Positions 24,372 through 37,194 of a stretch of 64,000 nt of DNA are shown here, in pieces (position 1 is the first letter of the stretch; the number at the start of each line of letters is the position of its first letter). The stretch comes from Felis catus (lineage: Eukaryota). The position numbers were made by a program, and so were the translations under genes. Under the pieces are notes generated by a model. That model had not been told where the DNA came from. It worked only from the letters and a program-made list of their open reading frames with translations, and did no database searches. The stretch spans positions 228,782,001 to 228,846,000 of the forward strand of contig NC_058368.1 of NCBI RefSeq assembly GCF_018350175.1, given 5' to 3'.

Positions 24372-25513
24372 ATATATTTAAAGTCAGAGTTTAGGAAACA
24401 GTGTTTTCCCAGAAAGTGATCCAAATAACTTGTGTAGTTTTAGCTATGAAATGTGACAAAATGTGGTTCAATAAATCTATCCAAGGGATAAATGAGAACA
24501 CAACTGAGTCTACAGTCAGCAAGGAATTTGTAATGAAGCCATACTTACTTGTCAGACAATACTTCTTTTCTGTCCTTTATATTTCATTTTTGAAGATGCT
24601 CATTAAGACAGTTTAGCTGTCCATTGTTGCAAAAATTGCTGAACTGAACATTGCCCTTTCTGCAACATCTAAACACAAATACAATAATTTCTACATGTCT
24701 ATGGACAGCATTTTCAAAGCCTGTCACTGAATTCTCTCTCTTCACTTCACAGATTTCACCAGCTGCTGACCTTGGTTTGACTAGTTGTGCTAAATGTTCT
24801 GGATCTAACAGCTGTTCACTTAGGCCTTGATTTCATGGTCATTCCACCGTTGCCATGGGTACTCATCCAGTTTCTTTGCTTCCAGAGACAACACTTCTGT
24901 TCTTTTAACTATGCATGAGAGTTTTTGTGAAAGTAAGTTTATTATTTGAAAACAGCTCTGATTTGGGCATGAGCATAGTATTATTGCTGATTTCCAAGGA
25001 AGGAAACAAAAATAAGACAAAATCTAGAATTTCCAGTGTCTTCAGAGTAATCACCAAGAAATCCTCATGTTATTAAGTGTACTTCTATTTGGAAAGAATA
25101 TAAATTACATTTTTAATTTGGGCCACAACTAAAAAGTAAACCATGGAACTTCCTGATTCCTAGCCTCTGTGCTCCTTTTTCTCAACTAGGTGAGTAGCAA
25201 AACTGAACCATTAAATCTCTTTTACAAATCTAGCATTTATCTACTTCTTGGAAGATATTTGGAGAAATTTAAGAAGCTCTGGTTTAAGATTCCATGATTA
25301 TGAATCAATTTTATTATTGTTGCTCAGGTTTTATATTCTATTTCTCAGATTTTATCCAGTTCATCTAAGACTGGTTCAATAAATACATTATTATTCTCTC
25401 TTTTCTTAGCAACTAAGTAATAAAGATCTGACATTAAATTCTAGTTTGACATGTGGGCAGCCAAAATCTGGATAAATATTTCTATGATACCACCAGGCTA
25501 CCTGCTTAGATCT

Positions 25514-25745
25514 GTGTGGTAGATAATTGTTTCATTGACCCCCCAATGAGTCGTATCTCCTAGAATCCATGATCTTGTGAAGTGACCTCCGTCGCTGACT
25601 CTAGGCTTGGCCAATAGAACATTTGCAAGCATGATGCAAACAAAGCTTGATACATGCTTACACATTAAGGATTTTTCTTTCAGAGTATTCCTTTCTGAAA
25701 TCCAACTGCCATGTTGTGAAAAAGCCCAAGCCAGCCACTTTGAGT
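25514..25745 (+). mobile_element. MaLR LTR 5' part (MLT1H-like)
   Basis: tgtggtagat...cccccaatga...gactctaggcttggccaatagaacatttgcaagcatgatgcaa...ctgccatgttgtgaaaaagcccaagc. Confidence 0.75.
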
Positions 25746-25991
25746 CCCTGAACTCTGTAAATAAACTAACTCAAAACATACATATTTAGGCATACATGTA
25801 GTACAATAAATCTATAAAGATAAACAAGGGGATGACTATCAGAAAATATTTAAAAAGTGCTAAATTTTTGGATTTTGAAGGTGTGAGGCATTTTTACCAA
25901 GAAGGGCAAAGAGATGTTAAAAGTGTAGGTAATATTTTATCTTGACATGGTTTGAAAAATTTTATCATCTTTCAAAATATACACCTATCTC

Positions 25992-26176
25992 GGGGTGTTT
26001 GGATGGCTCAGTCGGTCAAGCATCCAACTCTTGATTTCTGCGTGGGTCATGATCTCACGATTTGTGGGATTGAGCCCTGTGTCCATCTCTGTGCTGACAG
26101 TGCGAGCCTGTTTGGGATTCTCTCTTTCCATCTTTCTCTGCCCCTCCCTCAAAATAAGTAACATAAACTTAAAAAA
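25992..26176 (+). mobile_element. CanSINE, within a degraded L1ME-like 3' end (about 25760-26240)
   Basis: SINE head and tail. Diverged TSD atatacacctatctc / atatacatccatctc. Confidence 0.92.
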
Positions 26177-26491
26177 TATATACATCCATCTCATACACAT
26201 TTTCTTATACAAAACATTTCACAATGAAAAAGAAATTTAATGACTTACTGTCACATATCAACAGAATAATTACTGTTAGAAACAGAATTATTGTAACTAA
26301 ATTTTGCACAAGTATGTTGCAGTTGGCCGAGCATTTTCCCATGTATAATCTCTTTTACTTCTGCAATAGAATATCTTAAGCATGAAGATTTTATTTTTAT
26401 CATACTTGTAGACAATTTTATGCAATTGTATAGATGGATTTGATAAATTGCCCAAGTGATTGAAAAGTAATTAATGGAGGAGAACTCAAAT

Positions 26492-26493
<2 letters not shown>

Positions 26494-26579
<86 letters not shown>
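26494..26579. repeat. Compound (CT)n(GT)n(AT)n microsatellite
   Basis: Directly visible. Confidence 0.97.
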
Positions 26580-26830
26580 GTGAAGACAGATTCTTCCATG
26601 ATACCAGGTTTATTCTGATGCTCCTCTGACCGTGCTATTTCTAATACATTTTAATTGGGCACCTCAATGATTATAAGAAAAATAATTCTCACTTTTTATT
26701 AAACATTCCAAGTGTGTTTAAGTATTTTTATAATATTACAGTTAAAAGTAAACAATAAAAATATTATATTTTTCCTAGTCATTACTAAAAAGCTTTATTG
26801 ATTCTTATGACTTTCTAAAGGGACATTTTT

Positions 26831-27059
26831 TTAAAATTTTTTTTTCAACGTTTATTTATTTTTTAGGACAGAGAGAGAGAGAGAGAGAGAGAGCATGAAC
26901 GGGGGAGGGGCAGAGAGAGAGGGAGACACAGAATCAGAAACAGGCTCCAGGCTCTGAGCCATCAGCTCAGAGCCCGATGCGGGGCTCGAACTCACAGACC
27001 GCGAGATCGTGACCTGGCTGAAGTCGGACGCTTAACCGACTGTGCCACCCAGGCGTCCC
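26831..27059 (-). mobile_element. Young feline SINE (SINEC_Fc type)
   Basis: Near consensus. TSD aaagggacattttt at 26817-26830 and 27062-27075. Confidence 0.97.
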
Positions 27060-28464
27060 TAAAAGGGACATTTTTAAGTGGAGTCAGTTTTCAAGGGTGG
27101 ATACATTGTTACGATTTCACTGGCGAGTAAAAGTCATGTATCTCATTTACTGAAGAGAGCTTAGTTTGAAACATCATTCTGTTGTCTCCAACAGAGATTT
27201 ATTCATAGAATAATGCTCTTAAGCTTACTGCTTTGTAAAAGTTTTAGAAACATTTTGAAACTACAAAGTGCATTCACTAATATTAAAACCTTGGAATGTC
27301 TTGAGCTACAGCCAATTTGTTTTAGAAGAAATTATGGCTTCTCAATCTTCAGGTGCTTCATTAAATTTTTCACTCCCATTTTTCACGAATCAGACCAATT
27401 CCACGGCATACAAAGACATGTGGGGATGTTGTGAGCTATGGCAGATACTCTTGACATTTTGTCTATTTTCCTGCACCAAGCTGGCTAATGCTAACAGCAG
27501 ATCATGAATTCTTGACAAACAGTAGGGGAAAAATACATTAAGACCAAGAGTGATAGTGCTATGTCACTGCTGAAGCACTGCACTCCATTCAAAATGTTAA
27601 GGCTGATTTTTCTCCTGGGCTTTATTTTCTGAATGGATGTTTATAGTCATCTTTGTTGTCTCTAACAAAATGAGAAAAGGACATGTCCCCTAATTCCTGC
27701 TGTGCTTTCAGTTTTCCATCTAAATTCTTCTCAAATCCTACTTTTGATAATTATGTATTTCCTCAGTACCCTAAATCGTCAATACTCCTGTTTCCTTAAA
27801 GTCTATGGAGTTTATACCACACCACTTTGCCTTGATCCCGTTCAAAATGGTGTTGATTTTGAATAATTTTGGGGAGTAAGAATAAGAGGGAATGCGGAAC
27901 TGAAATCATTTAAAAATAATCATTTGGATGAGTTGATAAAGGATTTTAGGGGAAGGGAATATAAGATGATTTCACTCTAGGAATCTGTATGATGGGATAA
28001 TGGAGGTGCCAGCCATAATCCCTGGGAATGATGAAGCAATTAGCTTGGTAGTGTAAGAAAACTCTGATTTCAAAGCAGGTGAAATTTAATAATTCATAGG
28101 GTTATGTGTGTGAGATTTCCAATTAAAAAGATAGTCATAAAATGACAGGCATAGATGGGAAATAATTTTAGACACAGAATCCAGTTACAAGCAGTTATAT
28201 AAATCAAACAATATCATTGTTGGTATATTTAAAATATAATTTTTTCATATATAATTTTACATATATAATTTTTCATATAAAATTCTCAACTATATGAATT
28301 TTATATAATATATATTTCATGTATATAATTTCATATATAATTTTTATATATAATTCTCAACTATATGAAGCAAAAACTGAAGCAGTTATGATGTTCAACA
28401 TGTAAATAATATGCATCCTGAAATAAAGGGTATGAACTACTATAACTTGAACTTAAAAAAAAAA

Positions 28465-28712
28465 GACTTGATTTTTTATAGATGTTTCAAGTTTATAGCA
28501 AAATAGTGCAGAAAATAGGGATTTCCTATCTACCCTCTGCCCCTATTCATGCGTAACTTCTCCCATTATCAACATCGCCCACTAGGGTGGTACATTTATT
28601 ATAATTGATGAACCTACACTGACACATCATTATCATGCAGAGTCCACGGTTTACATTAGGGTTCACTCTTGGTGCTGCACATTCCATGGGTTTGGACAAA
28701 TGTATAATGACG
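28465..28712 (-). mobile_element. L1MC1-like 3' end, left piece
   Basis: tgatgaacctacactgacacatcattatc...tttacattagggttcactcttggtg...gggtttggacaaatgtataatgac. Confidence 0.88.
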
Positions 28713-29567
28713 TGTGATATAAGAAATATATATTTGTTCATTCAGATGACCAAAATATACTCCTCATATGTATTTGGTCTTTGTCCACAATTCTTACCTC
28801 ACAGCTCCCCAAACCCTTGGAATTTCTTAAGTGTTGAGAATGATAAAGGTGTCTTTTGTTACATTAATGAAGGTGAGTTTTGGATCCCACCAAAGGGTGG
28901 AGGCTAATTGCCAGGAGGACCAACCATGTGACTAGACAGTTGGAACTTTCAGCCCCTTCCCCACTCCCCTGCCACCACCTGAGATCTCTGAGGAGGAGAT
29001 AGGGGCCAGAGGTTGAATCAGCCAATAGCCAATGACTTATCAATTTTGGCTATGCACTGAAGACTCCATGAGAATCCAAGAGGACTGGGATCAGAGAGCT
29101 TCTGAACTGATGAACATGTGGAGATCTGGGGAGAGTGGTGCCTTGGACAGGGCATGGAACCTCCCGCCCTTTCCCCATAGCTCACCCTATGCATCTTTTC
29201 ATCTGTTTGTTGATTCTTATCCTTTATCATATCCTTTAATAAACTGGTATACATAAGTAAGTGAATTCTGTGAGCCGCTCTAGCAAATTAAAACAACCTA
29301 AGGAGGAAGTCGTTGGACCCTCCAGTCTGTAGTCAGTTGGTCAGAAGGACCAGTAGTAGCCTGGGGCTCGCCACTGGCATCTAAAGTGGGAGGTAGAGAA
29401 CAGTCTCCAGGACTGAGCCCTTAACCCATGGATCTAATGCTATCTCCAGGTAGTGTCAGAATTGAGTTGAATTCTCAGACACACTCCTGGTATCCGAGAA
29501 TTACTTGGTGTTGTGTGGGAAGGAATCTATCCCCTCACTGGAATTGGGTCCAGGAATGCAAAAGGAA
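28713..29567 (+). mobile_element. MER21-family LTR, solo, nested in L1MC1
   Basis: tgtgatataagaaatatatatttg start; acagctccccaaacccttggaattt; ttggaactttcagcccc; gccaatagccaatgac; aataaactggta; ttctgtgagccgctctagcaaatta. Confidence 0.88.
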
Positions 29568-29830
29568 CCTGTATTCACCATTATAGCATCTTACAGAATA
29601 GTTTCCGTGTCCTCAAAATCCTCTCTGTTCCACTTATTCAGCATCTCTCCCCCTTTCCCACCAACCTCTAGCAATCATTGATCTTTTTATTATCTCCAGT
29701 TTTTCCCTTTCCAGAATGTCATGAAGTTACAATGATATAGTATGCAACCTTCTCAGATTCACTTCTTTTTCTTATTAATATGCTTTGAAGATTATTCCAT
29801 GTCTTTGCATGGCTTATTAGCTCATGCCTT
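29568..29830 (-). mobile_element. L1MC1-like 3' end, right piece
   Basis: Resumes at tgtattcaccattatagcatcttacagaatagttt, where the left piece stopped. Confidence 0.88.
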
Positions 29831-29920
29831 TTTATCTACTTTTTATCTACTCTATACACGCTTTTTCCCTAAACAATCAAAACCACCTGTGTCAACACCC
29901 TGCTTGAAAAGTACAGCTAT

Positions 29921-30143
29921 GGGGGCACCTGGGTGGCTCAGTCGGTTAAGCGCCCAACTCTTGGTTTCTGCTCAGTCATGATCTCATGGTATATGGGTTC
30001 AAGTCCCCCATCAGGCTCTGTGCTGACAGTGCAGAACATGCTTGGGATCCTCTCTTTTTCCCTCTCTATATGCCCCTCCTCTGTTTGCTTCCCCTCCCCC
30101 CAAATAAATCGATAAACTTAAAAAAAGAAAATAATAACATTAA
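29921..30143 (+). mobile_element. CanSINE
   Basis: TSD aaaagtacagctat at 29907-29920 and 30144-30157. Confidence 0.95.
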
Positions 30144-30362
30144 AAAAGTACAGCTATTAATTTTAGTGTAAAAGAATAATAACTGGGGAGAACTGTGATT
30201 GGAGAGAAACGGATTTTTCTTTTCCTCTTTAAACTGAAATAAGTTGTTAGCCTTTGGCTACTGGTGTTAACAAATCAAAAAGCTGATTGTCATTGAAGTG
30301 TAAAGTTTTGTCTGCCTCTCAATACAAGTATTGTCAAAGCTAACCTAGAGTCTGAAATTCTT

Positions 30363-30586
30363 TTTTTTTTTTTAATTTTTTTTCAACTTTTATTTATTTT
30401 TGGGACAGAGAGAGACAGAGCATGAACGGGGGAGAGGCAGAGAGAGAGGGAGACACAGAATCGGAAACAGGCTTCAGGCTCTGAGCCATCAGCCCAGAGC
30501 CCGACGCGGGGCTTGAACTCCCGGACCGCGAGATCGTGACCTGGCTGAAGTCGGACGCTTAACCGACTGCGCCACCCAGGCGCTCC
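30363..30586 (-). mobile_element. Young feline SINE (SINEC_Fc type)
   Basis: CpG-rich. TSD gagtctgaaattctt at 30348-30362 and 30587-30601. Confidence 0.97.
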
Positions 30587-31684
30587 GAGTCTGAAATTCT
30601 TAATGAGAATTTAAGGCAGAACAATTTGGAAACATAATACGAAGGTAAAATTTTATTAAAAGTTACAGAAGAAAGCTTTTCTTCAATGATTACAACATGT
30701 ATCTTTTCTACTAAAAGACTCAGGGAAAGTAATCATGGTTTTATATCTATTCTATCTTATAGACATCAAAATGACGTGTTTGGAGAATAAATTAATAGAT
30801 ATTGAAAAGGTCTTTTTTTGTGTGAACTTATAGTATATAAGTGTATATTTGGATGATCCTAGATGATATTTTGAAATAAAGCGTTATGATAATTGATAGC
30901 TAGAGCTGCATGGTCTCTTATGGATTGTGTCTGTTTGCTCTTTTCTCACTGAGCGGTGAGAATTGACAAGCTGCCAGTTCTGCCTCGATGATTTTTGACA
31001 GTTTGGGTTTTTTGGTGATACATTATTAAAGGATGTAATAAACAACAAAAAGCTAGCTTTCTTTCCCCCCAAGAAATTGTGAGCATTTCTCCATTTTAAA
31101 ATGTGCTGCAAGATAGAAGATGACAAGCCTACATTTATTTTGCATTTGATGATTTTCATTGTATCGCAATTAAAATGATGTCAATACATCAAAAACTCTG
31201 TAATACAAACACCAAGAACTTCTAATTTCTCTAGGTAAGGTCAGAAGTATTGTTTCTGTTGTATTATCCATCCCCAAATCCCAGAAAAAGAAATCTCTTT
31301 GCTCTTACTGGTATATGCTCGTACTACGTGAACATCTGTTGACTTCCTGAATTATTTCAATCAACCTGATTAAAATCTGTTTACAGATCTTCAATAATTT
31401 GATGTGAACACAAACATTTCAGATCTAAGTCAACATAATTTAGTAAATAAATCTTGGCACATCTGGTATAATTAGTAAAGATAGTTCATACTTTTAATTA
31501 ATTTGACTGGTTTCTGAGCCAAAATGGATATTTGAAATTACGACTCTTAAAATTCTTGGAAGTAACTCTGGTAACAAAAATTTTCACAATGACTTTTCCC
31601 AGCTTCAAAGTTCACCTACTGTTTACAAATCAGTCATGACTTCATCTTATAAGTGACCTGATCAGGTAATTTATATGACAATAT

Positions 31685-31890
31685 TTTTTAAACATCTATT
31701 TATTTATTTTGAGGGAGAGCACATTCAAGTGGGGCAGGGGAAGAGAGAGAGAGAGAAAGAGAGAGAATCCCAAGCAGGCCCCATGCTCAGTGTGGAGCCC
31801 CATGTGAGTCTCGATCTCCTGACCCTGTGATCATGCCCAGAGCTGAGTTCAAGAGTCAGATGCTCAATTGACTGAACCACCCGGGCCCCC
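31685..31890 (-). mobile_element. CanSINE
   Basis: Antisense SINE body with a short TSD atatgac. Confidence 0.92.
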
Positions 31891-32582
31891 ATATGACTCA
31901 GTTTAAGAGAGAATATTTTTATTCCATAATTGCACAGAATTAAAGTAGACATACTCAAGGTTGAAATGGACCTCAGTGAAACAGCTATGTCCCGCATATG
32001 ATGTACACAGTTATTATCGAATTATTTTCCAAGAGGAGGAGGACATTACACTAGAAGCGAGAGTAAGATGATTTGAGGAGGTTGTTAGAATCCATTCAGA
32101 TAACAAAGGAAATGTGACCAACCGACAGTGCTGAAGAGGCAGGAAGTAGACTCAAAATCAAATTTAAATATGGAATTTGAGAGCAAGATGTTAAAAACAA
32201 GAGCAACCAATAGAATTTAAGCTATAAGTAGTTAGTGAGAAGTCCACACAGTTGACTATTTTCTTAGGTCTACTCCATCCATAGCAGTTGAGTATTACTT
32301 CTGGAGATGGGAGAGGTATGCCTATGCTCAAGTTTGCTTATGTTTGAAATTGAAAAAAATACTATATTTCTAGTGTTCTTAACTGACTTCTTATTCCCAG
32401 ACAATAAGTGGTTCTAATCAAAATTAATTGTCATAGAGGAACATTCTTCTCTTTATCTTGCTTGGGCTTCTTGATCGCAGTACATATAATGACCATTGTT
32501 GAGGTAACATCAGACAAATAGAATAAAGCTCTCAAATTAGTGAAATAATGTTTGACAAAGTTTTAAGTTAATGCTGATATCA

Positions 32583-32708
32583 GGGCGCCTGGGTGGCCTA
32601 GTCAGTTTTGCGCCTGACTCTTGGTTTAAGTTCGGGTCGTGTTCCTCCAGCTTCGTGGGTTTGAGCCCCACACTGGGCTCTGCAGCGGCAGCATGGAGCC
32701 TGCTTGGG

Positions 32709-32761
<53 letters not shown>

Positions 32762-32840
32762 GCCTTCCCCCGCTCATGCTGTCTCTGTCTCTCTCAAAAT
32801 AAATAAATAAAACTTTTTCAGAAAAACAAACAAACATACA
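32583..32840 (+). mobile_element. CanSINE with a long (CT)n
   Basis: 18-bp TSD taagttaat(g/a)ctgatatc at 32564-32581 and 32841-32858. Confidence 0.95.
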
Positions 32841-32984
32841 TAAGTTAATACTGATATCTTGTAAAGGTAATTTAAAAATTTAAATAATTAAAACAATTTT
32901 TTTAAGTTTTTATTTTAATCACCTGATGCTCATCACAAGTCTACACCCTAATCCTATCACTTATTTCATCCACCTGAAAGTTCT

Positions 32985-33040
32985 GAAAAGAAAAGAAAAG
33001 AAAAGAAAAGAAAAGAAAGGAAGAAAGAAAGAAGGAAAGG
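32985..33040. repeat. (GAAAA)n / purine-rich microsatellite
   Basis: Directly visible. Confidence 0.9.
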
Positions 33041-34627
33041 TTTATGGAGAAACAGGTTAAGTCTAAAAACTCAACAGACTGTTTCCAGCTTGTTCCCACA
33101 CATCTTTACCTCAACAGCAAATATTCTGTTTTGCATTAAATACCGATGTTGTGATAGTTGACCTGTAGACTATATTCATTTAGATGAAGTCCTTTTCTAA
33201 AGGTTCATAGTATAAAGGTGGACACTTGCTTTTTTTTTATGTAGGGAACTATATCTGGTTATTCTTCAAGCATCTACGTTCTATCTGTCATTAGAGCTTC
33301 AAGATAATTATGTATTATTATTGTTATTATTCAGGCATTCTCTTGTGAGAAGCAACCACCCTTCATGTAGGTTCTTCTAGTTTTAGGCTAGGGTACCAAC
33401 CATGGGCTGACCTGAACTGTCTACTCCATTTTCTCTGCTTTCCTCTTACTGCCATGAACATGACTGTCTTTGTAAATCTTGTCTGGGCCTTTCTACCCTC
33501 TTGCCCCTCTGGAGGTTGGATTTAGCTCCTGGCCAATTGAGGGGAGTCTATGTTAATGTACTCCTACATTCTCAGTTGCATGTTTTAGGCTTTGAAAAGA
33601 ATTTCAGGAGGGAGTTGCAGCTTCTGCCAAAACTCTGTCCACTGAGTAACAGTCTGAATCTCAGTCTTAAGCACTGTTCATCCAGGATGCCTCTCCTCAG
33701 TATGCTGATGGCTTTGAGTTTATTAAATTTTGTGTCATGCCCTGTGTGCCATAATTAAATACAGGCCACAACAAATGCTTTATTAGAATTAAGATTACTG
33801 CATTTTAATGCAGAATATCAAAAAATAGGTGACCTGAACTAAATTATTTCACTGTTCGCATTCCTTCGCAGAAAGACATATATACTGCTGAGTTCATGGT
33901 GACTATAGAAATAAAGAGGGGTTCAAAAGAGAGACGAAGGACAAAGAAAAGAAAGGACAATATTGATCTAAAAGTAACAATTAAGAAAAGCAAATTCAAT
34001 CAAAAATTGTGTGGTGCACAAAAACTGAATACAATAATATCCTGCCATCATTCTTGTAAATGAAGTATAAGTGTGATAAGATGAAAATTGTCTATAAAAA
34101 TCAGTGACTGACTCTGGTCAAAGCAGCAGGATATATAAATATTTACGAGGAAACTTAAAAACATTGCCTTTGCGCTAACTGAATGAGGTCGCAAAGAATG
34201 AGTGCTGGCGTTCGTTTGTAATCATGTGCCAGATCTCAAATGTTAAGGTGATAATTGCCGAAGGCTACAACTATTACTGCAATTAGCTCATCGTTAAGGT
34301 CTCATGCCTACGACAGACGTTTTTCATGTGCTGCTTGTTCTGGCCAGAGCCTAGCACCAAAGCTAATCCAGGCTTCACTTGCTATTTATATTTTCATATA
34401 TTTTTGAATAAAAAAGTTGCTGGGTGACCTAAATATCATTAAGTGAAATTAAAAGTTAGACAATCCAGTTTGCCTACCTACTTATGTGATTGACTTAGGT
34501 AAATGATATTTATAAAACGTGTACATAATAATTTAAAGACTGCCATATGTTGCTTGAGTCAAATTATTAAAATAAAGAAATCAGTAAGATAGATATATTG
34601 AAGATAGGATTTTAAAATTACGACTGG

Positions 34628-34844
34628 GGGGCGCCTGGGTGGCGCAGTCGGTTAAGCGTCCGACTTCAGCCAGGTCACGATCTCGCGGTCCGTGAGTTCG
34701 AGCCCCGCGTTGGGCTCTGGGCTGATGGCTCGGAGCCTGGAGCCTGCTTCGAACTCTGTGTCTCCCTCTCTCTCTGCCCCTCCCCCGTTCATGCTCTGTC
34801 TCTCTCTGTCCCAAAAATAAATTAAAAAAAAGTTGAAAAAAAAA
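34628..34844 (+). mobile_element. Young feline SINE (SINEC_Fc type)
   Basis: Near consensus. TSD tttaaaattacgactgg at 34611-34627 and 34845-34861. Confidence 0.97.
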
Positions 34845-34864
34845 TTTAAAATTACGACTGGGAA

Positions 34865-35070
34865 AAGAGAGGGAAACAAACCACAAGAGACTCTTAATGA
34901 TAGAGAGCAAACAGGGTTGATGGTAGGAGGTGAGTCAGGAGAGGGACTAGATGGGTGATGGCTATTAACAAGGGCACTAGTTGTGATGAGCACTGAGTGG
35001 TGATGAGTCACTGAATTCTACTCCTGAAGCCAAGATTGCACTGTATGTTAACTAAAATTTAAATAAATTA
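34865..35070 (+). mobile_element. Carnivore L1 3' end (5'-truncated)
   Basis: ggaaacaaaccacaagagactcttaatgatagag...gtgatgagtcactgaattctactcctgaagcc...tgtatgttaactaaaatttaaataaa. Confidence 0.9.
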
Positions 35071-35978
35071 GTAAAGAGAACTGCCCTATGATACATACAT
35101 ACATACATATAAATAAATACAATTACAACCTGAAACATTTGAGGCCATATCTTAATTAACCGCTCAGATATTTTGTTAGGTAGTTTTTTGGTCAGTATCG
35201 ACACTTCATCATAAATGCATTATTATGTGAAAAACTTTGAAAGTATGTATTCTCCTTCTTAGTTTTAAATAAAAATGCCATACTCAAATGGCCTTATATG
35301 TGAAAGCATGTTTCTGATACTATTTATAAATCCTCCATGAGGAGAATCGCTATGCTTCTGTTCGTTAGTCTCCAAGAAAAGGGAAAACCTATTTTAAGGT
35401 ACACATCTGGGAACACTGGAATTCTACATATGCAGTGTTTTCTAAAGGTTTAATACTACCAATTGAAAATTCATATGCTGTCTCTTTATTAGAGTAACCC
35501 TGACATCAATAATGCAAGTTGGGCTTTCCATTTTTATAAAACAGTGTAAGAATGCTTCCTCACTCTGACATAACCAAAATAAATACCACTCTACCTAATC
35601 AAATGGGGAACTCTTGCCAGGATTTTAATGTAGTAGGTAGTTAGGCATAATGTTATAATGGCATTTTCAGTGTAGAGTATCATTCAGGATTTACTAACAA
35701 TGAAGCATAGTAAAGCATATAACCCTCCATAGTAAAGGAGGATTGAAAATACCTGGGTGTAAACAATAGCTCAACTAATTCTACTGATGCAAAATTATGA
35801 GAATGAACACCTCCAGGTGTCATTGTCCCCATATGTGATATCATAGTAACAGTAAGATTTTTATAATTGCTCTGAAAACCATAAATATCATAAAAATGCA
35901 AAAAAAATAATGGTATACAAATAGTTAAAACTAATAGTTTTAATTAAGCTTCAAAAGTGCATAATTAAGATGGCAAGA

Positions 35979-36200
35979 GGGGTGCCTGGGTGGCTCAATC
36001 AATTGAACAGCTGACCTTGGCTAAGATCATGATCTTGAGGTTCACAAGTTTGAGCCCCTCATTGAGCTCTGTGCTGACCTCTCAGAGCCTGGAGCCTGTT
36101 TTAGATTCTGTGTCTCCCTTTCTCTCTGCTCCTCCTCTGCTCATGCTCTGTTTCTCTGTCTTTCAAAAAATAAACGAACATTGAAAATAATAATAAAAAA
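35979..36200 (+). mobile_element. CanSINE
   Basis: Head, body and tail. Diverged TSD aagatggcaaga / aagatggtgaga. Confidence 0.94.
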
Positions 36201-36232
36201 AAGATGGTGAGATTAAAAAGTAAAAAAAAATA

Positions 36233-36430
36233 GGGGTGCCTGGGTGGCTTGGTCAGTTGAGCATTAGGTCATGATCACAGAATTTGTGGGACTGAGCCCT
36301 GCCATCTGTGTGCACCCTGCCTGAGATTCTCTCTCCCCTCTCTCAGCCCCACCCCTGCTCACATGTGTACACATGTGTGATCTCTTTCTCTCTCAAAATA
36401 AATAAATAAACATTTAAAATAAAATAAAAT
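36233..36430 (+). mobile_element. CanSINE (internally deleted head)
   Basis: ggggtgcctgggtggct head and A-rich tail. Confidence 0.92.
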
Positions 36431-36584
36431 CAAAAGTAAAAATAAAGACAGATTTTAGGATAGGAGCAATAAAGGGAAAGAAGTAAACAGAAAATAACGA
36501 AAATATGAGAAATCAGACTTTATATGGACACAAATAAAAAACAGAGATAAGATACAAGACAAAACAATATTTTTAAAAAAGAAT

Positions 36585-36778
36585 GGGGGCGCCTGGTTGG
36601 CTCAGTCTGTTGAGCATCTGACTTTGGCTCAGGTCATGATCTCATGGTTTGTGGGTTCGAACCCCGCATAGGGCTCTGTGCTGACAGTGTGGAGCCCACT
36701 TCAGATCCTCTGTTGCCCTCTCTACACCTCCCCTGCTCACCCTATCTCTCTCTCAAAAATAAAATAAACATTAAAAAA
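36585..36778 (+). mobile_element. CanSINE
   Basis: TSD aaaaagaatg on both sides. Confidence 0.94.
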
Positions 36779-37194
36779 AAAAAAGAATGTGGAGCAGAAA
36801 GAAAATTTAAAAAAATAAAAAGAGTAGAGGATAAAGAAAGAGACAAAAGAAAGAAAAGGAATTGAAAGAAGAAAAAATAGAACAAGGAAAGAAAATGTTC
36901 CATTTCTTACATTCCCCTTTACAAAAATCCTCCAACCTCACCCTAGGTTAACAGGCTAGTTTTGCTTGAAATTCTATTCATATGTGATCCAGAACACAAC
37001 ACTCTACCTTTTGGATATTCTGTTGAACTTCTTGTTCCGTTTTATTTTGCATTTAATTTTAATAGATGGGGAAAAACTGTTGTATCCCATTCATTTCTGA
37101 AGCCATATCTTCTACTTGGATTCTAATTAGATGCCAGAAAATGTGTTAAAATTAAAATTAAATATTACATTTAATGAAAATATATTGTTTTCAC

